64,000 nucleotides of DNA. Origin: Methanosarcinales archaeon (GTDB taxonomy: Archaea > Halobacteriota > UBA148 > JAUWXC01). The stretch's first letter is position 1. Each line of letters opens with the position of its first letter. Made by a program: the position numbers and the translations under genes. Below are positions 47,846 through 58,179 of this stretch, piece after piece. The notes beneath the pieces are model-generated. The model worked only from the letters and a program-made list of their open reading frames with translations, ran no database searches and was not told where the DNA came from. The DNA is taken from NCBI GenBank assembly GCA_026016205.1, contig CP061209.1, positions 448,433 through 512,432 of the forward strand, given 5' to 3'.

Positions 47846-49411
47846 TCACGTCAGTTGTGGAATTATGCTTACACTTTCATTCTCAAACAACTCGATTCTC
47901 TGCTTCTCTTGACCATTCTGGTAGATTATTACAACTGCCGTCACATTCACTCCTGGCTTTATTTCTGGTTGTATTGCATACTGCCCTTCGACAAATTGTC
48001 TGATTGCACTATCCGTTTCCAATTTAACTACATCTGTCGTTATCGAGTCTACCATCGTCGTGTATGCAATCCCCGAACCATCGTTTGGGATAACTCTAAC
48101 TTCCCAGTATAACTTTCCTTGGCTCACCATTGGGATTGGCTCGGCGGGCATCATCCTGCTCCAATCCACTATTGGATTGGCTTTTCTAACGTAGTCACAA
48201 GCCTTAACTGGCCCAACTAATGTTTCTGCCTTTGGGCATTCATTTAACTGAATATCTCCAGTCCTGGCATCTAGAAGGTATATCCTGTAGATACCATGTG
48301 CCCCACCGAATGGTTCACATCCGATGAACCATTTCATCCCCTGCTTGGTAACTACAAGGAACGGTTGCTCATTTTGCTGTCCAGGTATCTCAGCTATCTC
48401 AAGTTCTTCATGATGATAGAGCAGCTTGTTGGCAATGCCATGAGTATACCTGAAGCTGTTGACGTAATATCTGGTCAAACGCTCAGGATATAGTTTCTGA
48501 TCCTCCAGAACAGGATGTTCTAAAGCCTGTTGTGGAGTTAAGAACTCGATCTCCCCGTTAGAATCAATCAATGCAACTCCTGCCCACTTTGGAACGGTGA
48601 AAAGCGTTGGAAATCGCCAGTGATACTCATATGAAACCATTGGAATGGCTATGTACAATCCTTGATCGGTGGAAACAAAATACGGGTCCTCATAATCTAC
48701 CCAGTATCCCTGCTTATACAACTTCCATTTGTACCAATCACTTATTCCCATCCCAAGACCTATTTGCATATCCTGCTCGACTATGTGCGTGTTTTTAGTG
48801 GAAGTATCCATAGCTACATACACTGCCCCCTTATCCTTGAGGATGAAGAAGTTGATTGCACCATCCGGTATGAGCGGGGATACCCAATAAGGTGTTTTAT
48901 TTATGAATGAAATATCCATCGTTCCCAGGGTAAATCTTGGATATTGAAGTGCATCCATAGCATATCTCTCAGCTACGACTTTCGGCATAATTCTGATCGC
49001 GGTTGGGTCCATGTCTGGTAACCCTGCTATTTCTGTGACACGTAAATGTGAGGCCAGATAGCACTGAGGATACACCACTTGTAAGGAGCCAAGGATTAAC
49101 CAGCCAAGAATTACTATGATGACTGCAGCAACCAGTATTGCATCATTTTGCCCCCTTATTACCTTCTCAGCTCTACCTACTACGACTCCTTTCACTGCCA
49201 CACAGACTATTCCTGCCAATACTAATGCTTCCCAGAAAGCGGGATTGCGATACACATACATGAAGGGGTGATGCCACAGCGATCTACTGAACCAAATTAA
49301 CCAAGCGAAAAGAGCCAGGATGGTTGCATATAAAAATACTGCAGGCATCTTACCCCATAATTTTTTCCTTGTCTCATCTTCTTTGCTGGTCATTTTTGCC
49401 ACTTCCCTCAC
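47846..49411 (-). CDS. Large hypothetical membrane-anchored protein (N-terminal TM bundle plus ~400-aa extracytoplasmic domain)
   Basis: 521-aa ORF with about 4 N-terminal TM helices. No family recognised. Confidence 0.45.
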   Translation of the reverse strand: MREVAKMTSKEDETRKKLWGKMPAVFLYATILALFAWLIWFSRSLWHHPFMYVYRNPAFWEALVLAGIVCVAVKGVVVGRAEKVIRGQNDAILVAAVIIVILGWLILGSLQVVYPQCYLASHLRVTEIAGLPDMDPTAIRIMPKVVAERYAMDALQYPRFTLGTMDISFINKTPYWVSPLIPDGAINFFILKDKGAVYVAMDTSTKNTHIVEQDMQIGLGMGISDWYKWKLYKQGYWVDYEDPYFVSTDQGLYIAIPMVSYEYHWRFPTLFTVPKWAGVALIDSNGEIEFLTPQQALEHPVLEDQKLYPERLTRYYVNSFRYTHGIANKLLYHHEELEIAEIPGQQNEQPFLVVTKQGMKWFIGCEPFGGAHGIYRIYLLDARTGDIQLNECPKAETLVGPVKACDYVRKANPIVDWSRMMPAEPIPMVSQGKLYWEVRVIPNDGSGIAYTTMVDSITTDVVKLETDSAIRQFVEGQYAIQPEIKPGVNVTAVVIIYQNGQEKQRIELFENESVSIIPQLT

Positions 49412-49452
49412 CTTTAAATCTCTATTTGCTTACTTTTATTATCACTCGAGGG

Positions 49453-49493
49453 TATTTGAAATTTACTAAATTTTCAATCTATTTGAAAGTTAC
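49453..49493. repeat. Two 14-nt direct repeats (13/14 identical) overlapping an imperfect palindrome
   Basis: TATTTGAAATTTAC at 49453-49466 and TATTTGAAAGTTAC at 49480-49493. They are flanked by CTCGAG at 49445-49450 and 49498-49503. Confidence 0.6.
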
Positions 49494-49503
49494 AAAACTC
49501 GAG

Positions 49504-49512
49504 TATATAAAA
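49504..49512 (+). promoter_or_regulatory. Candidate TATA box
   Basis: TATATAAAA lies immediately after the repeat element, ~96 nt upstream of the ATG at 49608. Confidence 0.3.
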
Positions 49513-49607
49513 TGCTACAGCCCATGCAGTTCAGAAAGATACGGCGATCGAACAATTTACTGAAACAATAACAAAACTTTTCATTCCGCGCCACATAAGA
49601 GACGTTC

Positions 49608-50483
49608 ATGCGCGTTTCGCAATTGATAAGTGACGAGAGCGTCGCCAAAAACTTGCTCAGAAATGCTCTACAGAAAGCCGTTTACGAAAGACTTGAGCAA
49701 AAAGTCGGAATCGCATTCTCTGGTGGGATTGACAGTTCGTTAATAGCAGCACTGGCTAAGGGGAAATGGGGCGAGATAATATTATATTCTGTTGGATTGA
49801 AGGACTCACATGACGTGCACCAAGCAGCGCGCGCCGCAGAACTTTTGGGTTTGAAGGATTGCCTCCGCCTGAAAATTGTCACCCAAGATGAAATCGAATC
49901 ATATTTGCCAAAAGTCATAAAAGCCATAGGCAACGTTGACCCAACGCAAATCAGCATAGGAACACCTCTGTTCATCGCCGCGGAAAAGGCACACGACGAC
50001 GGCGTAAAGGTCATGCTATCCGGCCAGGGTGCAGACGAACTATTTGCAGGGTATCATCGCCACGCGAAAGCTTTTGAAAAGGGCGCAGAGGTTTTGCACC
50101 AGGAAATCATCAAGGGCATGCAAAACGTCGGTGAAGTTGACCTCAAGCGCGATACAGCAGTAATGGCCGTGAATTCCATAGAATTGCAAACGCCTTATCT
50201 GGACGATGCTGTTATAGAGGTCGGGCTCAAAATCGCGCCGGGGCTGAAAATACGAAAGATGGGCGAGGGATATAAGAATAAGTACATTTTAAGGAGATTA
50301 GCCGAGGATATCATGCCGCGCGAGATTGCCTGGAAAGATAAGAAGGCAGTACAATATGGCTCAGGCATTTACCGTGCAATGGACCGGCTGTCGCGTGCGC
50401 ATGGATATAAGGGCGTAGGCAGGGTGAAGCGCTATCTTATATCGATAGCAGAGAAATGCGACATTCCCGTGGAGGAGACATGA
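49608..50483 (+). CDS. Asparagine synthase-like ATP pyrophosphatase (synthetase domain only, no glutaminase domain)
   Basis: PP-loop AFSGGIDSS and SGQGADELFAGY. The stop overlaps the gatC start (ATGA). Confidence 0.65.
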   Translation: MRVSQLISDESVAKNLLRNALQKAVYERLEQKVGIAFSGGIDSSLIAALAKGKWGEIILYSVGLKDSHDVHQAARAAELLGLKDCLRLKIVTQDEIESYLPKVIKAIGNVDPTQISIGTPLFIAAEKAHDDGVKVMLSGQGADELFAGYHRHAKAFEKGAEVLHQEIIKGMQNVGEVDLKRDTAVMAVNSIELQTPYLDDAVIEVGLKIAPGLKIRKMGEGYKNKYILRRLAEDIMPREIAWKDKKAVQYGSGIYRAMDRLSRAHGYKGVGRVKRYLISIAEKCDIPVEET

Positions 50484-50758
50484 TAGGCAAAAAAGATGTG
50501 GAGCACATAGGGTGGCTGGCAAGGATAAAACTGAGCGACGAAGAGAAAGAGGAGTTTACGGGACAGCTCAACACCATACTAGATTATTTTGCAAAACTGG
50601 ATGAAATCGATCCCGGTGTGGCGCCAACACATCATGTATCTGGAATCGAGAATGTCTTTCGAGACGACGTGATGAAGGAATCACTGAGTCAGGAAGATGT
50701 CCTGCGAAATGCACCCAGGAAAGAGGAAGGATTCTTCAAAGGCCCGAGGATTGTATGA
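50480..50758 (+). CDS. gatC: Asp/Glu-tRNA amidotransferase subunit C
   Basis: [31 protein letters not shown]. The start was set at the ATG at 50480. Confidence 0.85.
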   Translation: MIGKKDVEHIGWLARIKLSDEEKEEFTGQLNTILDYFAKLDEIDPGVAPTHHVSGIENVFRDDVMKESLSQEDVLRNAPRKEEGFFKGPRIV

Positions 50759-52155
50759 TGAACGTCAGCGAGATGAAGAGAAGAATGGAAGAAACGTCGG
50801 CTGAAGAGATGATTCAATCGCTATTTGACAAAATCGAGCGCAGCAAATTGAATGCATTCATAACGCTCACAAAGGAGCAGGCATTGGAAGAAGCTAGAAA
50901 AGCTGACAAGAATGGTGCGAGCGGATTGCTCGGAGCAGTTCCGATTGCCATCAAGGACAACATCTCGACCAAGGGCATACAAACGACATGTGCCTCCAAG
51001 ATTCTGAAGGGTTACGTGCCGCCATATGATGCGCATGTCATCGAGCGACTGAAGGCAGAGGGCGCCATCATCATCGGAAAAACGAACATGGATGAGTTCG
51101 CAATGGGCTCTTCCACGGAAACCAGCTTCTTTGGTCCAACACGAAATCCACATGATTTGAATCGCGTTCCAGGCGGCTCTTCTGGCGGAAGTGCGGCTGC
51201 GGTTGCAGGCGGCGAGGTGCCCATCGCATTAGGCTCTGATACCGGCGGTTCGGTCCGATGTCCTGCATCATTTTGCGGTGTGGTGGGGCTGAAACCCACA
51301 TATGGCATGGTCTCCAGATATGGTCTTATCTCCTACGCAAACTCGCTGGAGCAAATCGGCCCGTTTGGGTGCAACGTCGAAGATGTTGCGTTATTGTTAG
51401 ATGTAATCGCTGGACATGACCCACGAGACTCCACATCGCATGTGGTGAAAAAGAAAAGATATGTCGATGAACTCAAGGATGACGTGTCTGGCTTAAAAAT
51501 AGGCGTGCCAAAGGAATATTTTGAAGGAGTAGACAAAGATGTTGAGAAGGCGGTACGGGACGGTATCACGTTGTTAGAGGGGCTGGGCGCATCATGTTCC
51601 GAAGTGAAACTGCCGCACACCAAGTATGCCCTTGCATCGTATTACATCATCGCCATGAGCGAGGCAAGTTCGAATCTAGCGAGATTTGATGGGGTTAGAT
51701 ATGGCCTTCGCCTGGAAAAGGACAAGGACTGGCACACAACATTTTCAGAAATACGGGCAGAGGGATTCGGCGAGGAGGTGAAGCGCCGGATTCTCCTGGG
51801 AACGTATGCGCTCTCAGCCGGCTATTATGGGAGATATTATCTAAAGGCGCTGAAGGTGCGCACGTTAATCAAGCAGGACTTTGAAAATGCGTTCAAAAAG
51901 GTGGATGTGCTCATCACACCCACGATGCCGTGTGCTGCGTTCAAAATAGGCGAGAAGATCGATGACCCGCTATCACTCTACCTGGCAGACGTGAACACGG
52001 TTCCCATGAATCTAGCAGGAGTTCCTTCTATCTCAGTCCCATGCGGGTTTGCCAATGGATTGCCCATGGGCATGCAGATTGTAGGGGGGCATTTTGACGA
52101 AGGCCTCATCCTTAGAGTGGCACACACATTCGAGAAACACGCAGGGGTGGCGTAA
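50755..52155 (+). CDS. gatA: Asp/Glu-tRNA amidotransferase subunit A
   Basis: Amidase signature [12 protein letters not shown] and GSDTGGSVR. Confidence 0.92.
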   Translation: MMNVSEMKRRMEETSAEEMIQSLFDKIERSKLNAFITLTKEQALEEARKADKNGASGLLGAVPIAIKDNISTKGIQTTCASKILKGYVPPYDAHVIERLKAEGAIIIGKTNMDEFAMGSSTETSFFGPTRNPHDLNRVPGGSSGGSAAAVAGGEVPIALGSDTGGSVRCPASFCGVVGLKPTYGMVSRYGLISYANSLEQIGPFGCNVEDVALLLDVIAGHDPRDSTSHVVKKKRYVDELKDDVSGLKIGVPKEYFEGVDKDVEKAVRDGITLLEGLGASCSEVKLPHTKYALASYYIIAMSEASSNLARFDGVRYGLRLEKDKDWHTTFSEIRAEGFGEEVKRRILLGTYALSAGYYGRYYLKALKVRTLIKQDFENAFKKVDVLITPTMPCAAFKIGEKIDDPLSLYLADVNTVPMNLAGVPSISVPCGFANGLPMGMQIVGGHFDEGLILRVAHTFEKHAGVA

Positions 52156-53552
52156 TGAAAGATGTCATCATCGGCTTAGAGGTTCACGTGCAGTTGAATA
52201 AACTCAACTCCAAGTTGTTCTGCGGATGCTCCACCAAGTACCACGACTCTGGGCCGAACACGCACACGTGCCCGGTCTGCCTGGGATTGCCTGGCGCACT
52301 GCCCGTTCTGAACAGGACTGCCGTTGAGGCTGCCATCAAGGTCGCGCTGGCACTGAATTGCGAAATAGCCGAGCAGACGCTGTTTTACAGAAAGAATTAT
52401 TACTATCCGGATTTGCCGAAGGGATTTCAGATATCGCAGTATGACTACCCGATCGCGATAAACGGCAACCTTGTCATCGAGGGGGATAGCGAACGCAATA
52501 TCAGAATCAGAAGGGTGCATATGGAAGAAGACCCTGCCAGATTGGTGCACAAGGGTCCCATTGAGAAGTCGAAGTACTCGCTGATAGATTACAACAGATC
52601 CGGCATGTCATTATTGGAAGTGGTGACCGAGCCGGATTTGCGGTCGCCAAAGGAGGCACGACAGTTCTTGAACAAACTGCGAAACATTCTGGAATACCTG
52701 GATGTCTTCGACGGCTATTTAGAGGGGGCAATACGGGTTGATGCGAACATATCACTGGCCGGGGGCGCAAGGGCAGAAGTCAAGAACATCTCATCCTACA
52801 AAGGGGTGGAAAAGGCACTATCGTTTGAAATTGTCAGGCAGAAAAACCTGATGCGTAGAGGCATCAAGGTTGTGCAGGAGACACGCCATTATGATGAAGC
52901 AAGGGGCGTCACCATATCACTCAGGACAAAAGAGGAGGAAAAGGACTATCGATACTTCCCTGAACCCGATTTGGTGCCCTTTAAGGCGAAGGATGGAGTG
53001 CCCAAGATTAAGGAAACTCTGCCAGAGCTACCGGATGCCAAGCGAAGACGATTTGTCGAGCAGTACAACATTTCAGAGCATCATGCAAAAGTATTGACGT
53101 CTGAACTTAAACTGGCAAACTTCTTCGAGAATGTCGCTGGCAAGGTGGATACAAATCAAGCCGCGACATGGATTGCAGACGTTCTCAAAGGTGAATTGAA
53201 TTATAGGGGTTTGGGTATCGATGCATTCTCGCCCGAGCACGCGATTCAGATATTGCGCATGCTTGAGAAGAAGGACATCACTGAGAAGGGAGCGGTGCAG
53301 GTTATCAGGACGCTGTTAGATGAGGGCGGCACCCCTGCCGAAATCGTGAAACAGAAGGGTTTGATTAAAGTTGGCACAGATGTAATTGCCAGGGCTGTGG
53401 AGGAGGCTATTAAAGAAAACCCCACTGCAGTTCAAGACTATCATGCCGGAAGGAATGAGGCACTGCACTTCCTCGTTGGCCAAGTCATGAAAAAGACGTC
53501 TGGAAAGGCAGACCCGGATGCGGTAAACAAATTGCTCAGGGAGAAGTTGTAA
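52155..53552 (+). CDS. gatB: Asp/Glu-tRNA amidotransferase subunit B
   Basis: [10 protein letters not shown]-terminus, Cys cluster, and the C-terminal YqeY-like tail. Confidence 0.92.
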   Translation: MKDVIIGLEVHVQLNKLNSKLFCGCSTKYHDSGPNTHTCPVCLGLPGALPVLNRTAVEAAIKVALALNCEIAEQTLFYRKNYYYPDLPKGFQISQYDYPIAINGNLVIEGDSERNIRIRRVHMEEDPARLVHKGPIEKSKYSLIDYNRSGMSLLEVVTEPDLRSPKEARQFLNKLRNILEYLDVFDGYLEGAIRVDANISLAGGARAEVKNISSYKGVEKALSFEIVRQKNLMRRGIKVVQETRHYDEARGVTISLRTKEEEKDYRYFPEPDLVPFKAKDGVPKIKETLPELPDAKRRRFVEQYNISEHHAKVLTSELKLANFFENVAGKVDTNQAATWIADVLKGELNYRGLGIDAFSPEHAIQILRMLEKKDITEKGAVQVIRTLLDEGGTPAEIVKQKGLIKVGTDVIARAVEEAIKENPTAVQDYHAGRNEALHFLVGQVMKKTSGKADPDAVNKLLREKL

Positions 53553-55549
53553 TGCACCTGATTATAACAGAGAAAAACAGCACAGCAAAGAGGATTGCAC
53601 AGATTCTCTCGGATGGAAAGGCGAAACAAAGAAAAACCAATGGCGTAAACGTTTACGAGTTTGATGGCAAAAAAATCATAGGGCTGGTAGGGCACATTCT
53701 TTCAATCGATTTTCCAAAAAAATACAACGACTGGTCAAAGGTGGAGCCACATGAGCTCATAGATGCAGAAATTATCCAGGTGCCAACCCAGAAAAAGGTC
53801 ATTTCTGCGCTGAAAAAACTCGCGAAGGACGCATCACACATAACCATCGCTACAGATTACGATAGAGAAGGAGAGCTAATTGGCGTGGAGGCGCTGCGAT
53901 TAATAGAGCCTTCCACCCATGTGGACAGGGTTAGGTATTCAGCGATTACCCCGTCCGCGATTATTGAGGCATTCTCTTCTCCTGCCGAAATCGATTTTGA
54001 ACTTGCTGCCGCAGGCGAGGCCAGGCAGAAAATCGATTTGGTCTGGGGAGCTGCACTTACGAGGTTTATCTCGCTGTCGTCGCGCCGCCTGGGAAAGAAC
54101 TTCCTCTCGGTTGGGAGGGTGCAGAGCCCGCTTTTAGCACTGCTGGTCAAGAGGGAGAAAGAGATAGAGGCATTTGTACCCAAACCGTACTGGGAGATTG
54201 CCATCACATGCAAGAACGATGGCGAATTTATCGCGAAGCATAAAAAGGACCGCTTCTGGGAAAAGAGCGAGGCAGAGGCAATCGTATCGCGGCTTGGTAA
54301 AAAAGGCACCATTTCCAAACTGGAGCGAAGCGAAAAGGTAGAGCAGCCGCCGACCCCGTTCAACACGACCGAGTTTATACGGGCGGCCAGCGCAATCGGT
54401 TTCTCTCCAGCCAATGCGATGAGAATCGCCGAGGGTTTGTACATTAACGGATGGATCAGCTATCCTAGGACAGACAACACCGTTTACCCTAAAAGCCTGG
54501 ATGTTAAATCCATCATAGAGTCATTCGTAAACAGCGAGTTTGGCGAGTATGCAAACGCTCTGCTGAAAAAAGAACTCAAGCCAACCAGGGGCAAGAAAGA
54601 GGCAACAGACCACCCACCGATACACCCGGCCTCTATTGCCAAAAAGGATGAGCTGGGCGCCCCGGAGTGGAAGATTTATGAACTGGTTGTCAGGCGCTTC
54701 TTTGCGACGTTTGCACCGCCGGCAATCTGGAATATCACAAAGATAGCAATTGATGTCAATGGAGAGTTATTCAATGCGAATGGCGCGCAGTTGGTTGAAG
54801 AGGGATGGCGGTGGCACTATCCATACTACGCGATGAAAGAGCGATTTTTGCCTTTGCTGAAAGAGGACGAGGTCCTGAGCATAACAAAGGTCGACCTGGC
54901 AGAGAAGGAGACGAAGCCTTCGCCAAGGTACAAGCACGGCGGGCTGATTAAAGTAATGGAAGATCTTGGCCTCGGCACGAAGTCCACGAGGCATGAGGCG
55001 CTGAGCAAGTTATATGCACGCGGTTACGTGCACGGCAACCCCGTACGCCCGACAAAGACGGCGATAGCTGTCGTTGATACGCTGGAAAGTTATGCAAATC
55101 AAATTGTCCAGCCTGACATGACCCGCACATTAGAAGAGGACATGAACAAGATTGCAGAGGGAGAGGTAAGCGAGGATGCGGTGGTCCAGGAGTCCAAGAA
55201 GATGCTGAGCTCTGTGTTCGATGTTTTGAGGGAAAAATGCGAAGACATCAGCGATGCACTCAAGAAAGGGCTGCAGGAAGACAAAATTGTTGGCGCCTGC
55301 CCCGATTGCGGTGCAAACCTGATGATTCGCAGGTCTAGAAGAGGTCTGCGGTTCATAGGGTGCAGCGGATACCCGGACTGTAATTTCTCGCTCCCGCTTC
55401 CCAAGAGTGGAGGCATCGTCGTCACGCAGAACGTTTGCAAGGAGCACGGGTTGCGCAAACTCAAAATAGTGGCCAAGGGAAGACGAGCATGGGATTTGGG
55501 ATGCCCGTATTGCAATTATATCGAGTGGCAGAAGTCGAAGAAGAAATAA
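53552..55549 (+). CDS. topA: DNA topoisomerase, type IA (TopA)
   Basis: TOPRIM motifs (LIITEK, ATDYDREGE), catalytic Tyr region ISYPRTDN, and C-terminal Zn ribbons (CPDCGANL...CSGYPDC). Confidence 0.9.
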   Translation: MHLIITEKNSTAKRIAQILSDGKAKQRKTNGVNVYEFDGKKIIGLVGHILSIDFPKKYNDWSKVEPHELIDAEIIQVPTQKKVISALKKLAKDASHITIATDYDREGELIGVEALRLIEPSTHVDRVRYSAITPSAIIEAFSSPAEIDFELAAAGEARQKIDLVWGAALTRFISLSSRRLGKNFLSVGRVQSPLLALLVKREKEIEAFVPKPYWEIAITCKNDGEFIAKHKKDRFWEKSEAEAIVSRLGKKGTISKLERSEKVEQPPTPFNTTEFIRAASAIGFSPANAMRIAEGLYINGWISYPRTDNTVYPKSLDVKSIIESFVNSEFGEYANALLKKELKPTRGKKEATDHPPIHPASIAKKDELGAPEWKIYELVVRRFFATFAPPAIWNITKIAIDVNGELFNANGAQLVEEGWRWHYPYYAMKERFLPLLKEDEVLSITKVDLAEKETKPSPRYKHGGLIKVMEDLGLGTKSTRHEALSKLYARGYVHGNPVRPTKTAIAVVDTLESYANQIVQPDMTRTLEEDMNKIAEGEVSEDAVVQESKKMLSSVFDVLREKCEDISDALKKGLQEDKIVGACPDCGANLMIRRSRRGLRFIGCSGYPDCNFSLPLPKSGGIVVTQNVCKEHGLRKLKIVAKGRRAWDLGCPYCNYIEWQKSKKK

Positions 55550-55551
55550 TC

Positions 55552-56292
55552 TTACTTCTTAATCGCCCCGACAAACTCTTTAATTTTGGACGTTACATCG
55601 CCCTTTTCGATGGCAGTTCCAGTTACGATGGCATCTGCGCCCGCCTCGACGCATTCTTTTGCGGTTTTTCCATCCCTGATACCACCGCCAACGATGAGCT
55701 TCGTGTCGCCTATGGCATCTTTCACGGCTTTTATCATGGCTGGCGGAACGGATTCGCCAGCGCCAGAGCCCGCCTCGAGATAAACCCAGCGCATTCCTAG
55801 ATATTTAGCTGCAAGCGCATAAGCGACTGCCAATTCAGGCTTTTCCCTTGGAATTGGCTTCGCATCGCCAACCCAACCAGCCGTGCCTCCTGGGGAGATG
55901 ATGATGTATGCCATTGGTATTGGCTCGATACCGTACCTCTTAACAATGGGGGCTCCAAGAGCCTGATTCGTCGTAACGTACATCACATCCTTGGAGTTCA
56001 AAAGGCTCATAAAAAAGACTGCATCCGCATGCTTGCTCAGCCCGGCCACGCTGCTGGGGAAGAGAATAATCGGGAGGTCTGTGCATTTCTTTATCGCCAG
56101 CACCGTCTCGTCAAGCTGTGCGCCTCCGCCTCCCAGAGATCCGCCGACCATGATGGCATCAGTGCCGCCAGTAGCCGCGCCAGCAGCGATCTTTGCCGCT
56201 TCATCCGGCGCCTGTGAATCCGGGTCTATCAGCGTAAGATGGACAGCGCCATCCTTTTGAATTGTCTCGTTAAGCAAGTCCTCGACCTTCAT
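55552..56292 (-). CDS. Geranylgeranylglyceryl phosphate synthase (PcrB/GGGPS family)
   Basis: [18 protein letters not shown] and VGGGIRD motifs. Confidence 0.85.
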   Translation of the reverse strand: MKVEDLLNETIQKDGAVHLTLIDPDSQAPDEAAKIAAGAATGGTDAIMVGGSLGGGGAQLDETVLAIKKCTDLPIILFPSSVAGLSKHADAVFFMSLLNSKDVMYVTTNQALGAPIVKRYGIEPIPMAYIIISPGGTAGWVGDAKPIPREKPELAVAYALAAKYLGMRWVYLEAGSGAGESVPPAMIKAVKDAIGDTKLIVGGGIRDGKTAKECVEAGADAIVTGTAIEKGDVTSKIKEFVGAIKK

Positions 56293-56453
56293 GGTGCCCC
56301 GCCCTTTCCTGCCTTGCTTATCTTGGACTTCACCCTCAGCCCTTTATAACCGCATTTTCTGCACTTAAGCGCCTTAGCAGGATTGCGCGCATTGCATTTC
56401 ATACAAATTTTCATGTGAAGAAGTTTTGCTTCTGCCTCTGGAAATCGTGCCAT
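56289..56453 (-). CDS. rpl40e: Ribosomal protein L40e
   Basis: My own translation gives [54 protein letters not shown]. It is below the ORF-track length cut-off. The stop overlaps the GGGPS start (ATGA). Confidence 0.85.
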   Translation of the reverse strand: MARFPEAEAKLLHMKICMKCNARNPAKALKCRKCGYKGLRVKSKISKAGKGGAP

Positions 56454-56677
56454 GATATATTACCTCAATTTAACAGCATTATAGATAATCCCTATAGCAT
56501 TTAATACTAACATTTAACATTAACGCCCCGAGGATGTCTACGCACAATTTTGTCGTGGAAGGATTTAGGGGTTTTGGGAGAGTTTTTTAGTTATGATGTG
56601 TACTTCATAAAAAATGATGACTGAAATGCAATAGCGGAATCTTTATAGATTACTAAACACGACTGACACAGGGTCAA

Positions 56678-57091
56678 ATGTCCATCATTAGAAAGTTACA
56701 ACCAAGAAAAACTGTCGTTTTTATTTTGATATTGAGCATACTGGCTGTATCTTTTTCGGGATGTATCCAATCTGTACTGCCAGCAAACGTCGGGATAATT
56801 GACCAAGAAGTATCTGAAATAAAATATGATTTAGCATACGGTTTTTACATGGATGTTACATTAAAAATCCAGAATAAAGGTGAGGGTGTCGCAAGGAATG
56901 TGAAGGTATACGTCCACATTGAAGACAATACGGGAGATGTCGAATATGATGGGTATCTTTACTTCCCAGATTTAGCGCCCTTGGATGTTGCATCTAAAAC
57001 GTTCACTCTTGATTTAGAGGTAGAGGATAAGAGCGTTACGGGAGAGTACGTAGTATATTGGGATGGCGGTTCGAATACTTTCCACTTTTAA
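56678..57091 (+). CDS. Lipoprotein-like secreted beta-sandwich protein
   Basis: Signal peptide with SFSGC. It is similar in style to 46057-46611. Confidence 0.45.
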   Translation: MSIIRKLQPRKTVVFILILSILAVSFSGCIQSVLPANVGIIDQEVSEIKYDLAYGFYMDVTLKIQNKGEGVARNVKVYVHIEDNTGDVEYDGYLYFPDLAPLDVASKTFTLDLEVEDKSVTGEYVVYWDGGSNTFHF

Positions 57092-57161
57092 GGGGAATGT
57101 ATGAAAAATAAAGGGTTGTTGGTTGTTGTGTATTTGACTAGAAACAAGAGGAGGTGGTAAA

Positions 57162-57602
57162 ATGAGCAAATCAGATTTGATAGATTGTCTAACTAAAGGC
57201 GAAACTCTCCTTTATTCGGCAAGCGGAGAGGGCGATATGGGACTAACAAACAAAAGAATAATTGTCCTAAATGGGCCTGCATCAGAGTTTAAAGATATCA
57301 GGTATCCTCACATTGCATCGATTGAGTGGGGGGCATATGACAACATTTGGTATATTGTGATAGGGGCTATTGCAGCACTTTTTGGTTGGGCACTTACAGG
57401 ACAGAGTGGTGATTTAGCATCAATGGGCATCTTTTTCATAATTGCCGGAATAGTTCTCGTTGCCCTGTACTTCTTCACAAAGAAAAGTGGTCTCATAATT
57501 GTCACAGAACAAGAGAAGATAGCATATTCATTCAAGGGAAGAGAGTCTCATGATATGGTAAAGGAAATTAGTAAAATCGTACGAGAGCATGACAAACCCT
57601 GA
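57162..57602 (+). CDS. Hypothetical membrane protein with a split PH-like domain
   Basis: 146 aa with a central TM hairpin. No family recognised. Confidence 0.4.
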   Translation: MSKSDLIDCLTKGETLLYSASGEGDMGLTNKRIIVLNGPASEFKDIRYPHIASIEWGAYDNIWYIVIGAIAALFGWALTGQSGDLASMGIFFIIAGIVLVALYFFTKKSGLIIVTEQEKIAYSFKGRESHDMVKEISKIVREHDKP

Positions 57603-57605
57603 CAA

Positions 57606-58130
57606 TCACATATACCCCTCTTGAATTTCAATCACTTCCGCGCTATTTCTCGCCTTTGAATATTCTTCCAGGGGCGCCCTGTTCAGTTCTAAAAATCCCA
57701 GACCCCAGCCAAACTTGCTTAGAATCTGCTCCGCCTGCTCCTTTTGCCCTAGAATATAAAGCGCAGCCGCAAACGCCTCGACGCTGCTCAGCTTGAATGG
57801 CTTGCCGTAGTTAATGGGATTTGCAGCAAGCAGGAACGGCAGCGCCATATGCGACATTCGCTTTTTTCGCAGCAGAGGAAATGCCCTTTCGACCTCTTCC
57901 CATGAGCAGTCAAGCACGACGATGCCCTTTTGCGCCTTTTCCTCGTCCGCAGGAGAGAGTGCCTGCTCTGCCGTTGGGTCGAGCAGTATCGCGCCCGAAG
58001 GCAGTTTTTTAATGTTGTCGTATAACTCAACAAGACCGAATCGTGCCAATTTTTTAGCGGTGCACCTCTTTGGGTCGCACTGGTGCATGTGATATGCATA
58101 TAGATTAATACCTTCTTTCATCATCAACAT
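57606..58130 (-). CDS. tsr3: 16S/18S rRNA aminocarboxypropyltransferase Tsr3 (DUF367)
   Basis: [17 protein letters not shown] and VLDCSW motifs. Confidence 0.8.
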   Translation of the reverse strand: MLMMKEGINLYAYHMHQCDPKRCTAKKLARFGLVELYDNIKKLPSGAILLDPTAEQALSPADEEKAQKGIVVLDCSWEEVERAFPLLRKKRMSHMALPFLLAANPINYGKPFKLSSVEAFAAALYILGQKEQAEQILSKFGWGLGFLELNRAPLEEYSKARNSAEVIEIQEGYM

Positions 58131-58150
58131 TTAATTATCAGCGAAGCGTA

Positions 58151-58158
58151 TTTAATAA
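58151..58158 (+). promoter_or_regulatory. Candidate TATA box for tRNA-Gly
   Basis: TTTAATAA ends 22 nt upstream of the tRNA 5' end. Confidence 0.35.
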
Positions 58159-58179
58159 CCTACCAAGAATAGCGAGATT

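Noticed and set aside
56590-56660. C/D-box sRNA-like motifs (ATGATGT, then ATGATGA immediately followed by CTGA, and a second CTGA about 40 nt downstream) in the 224-bp spacer upstream of 56678.
   Set aside because: The C box and first CTGA are directly adjacent, which leaves no guide region. No convincing C'/D' pair or terminal stem could be placed, so the motifs are probably chance matches in A+T-rich DNA.
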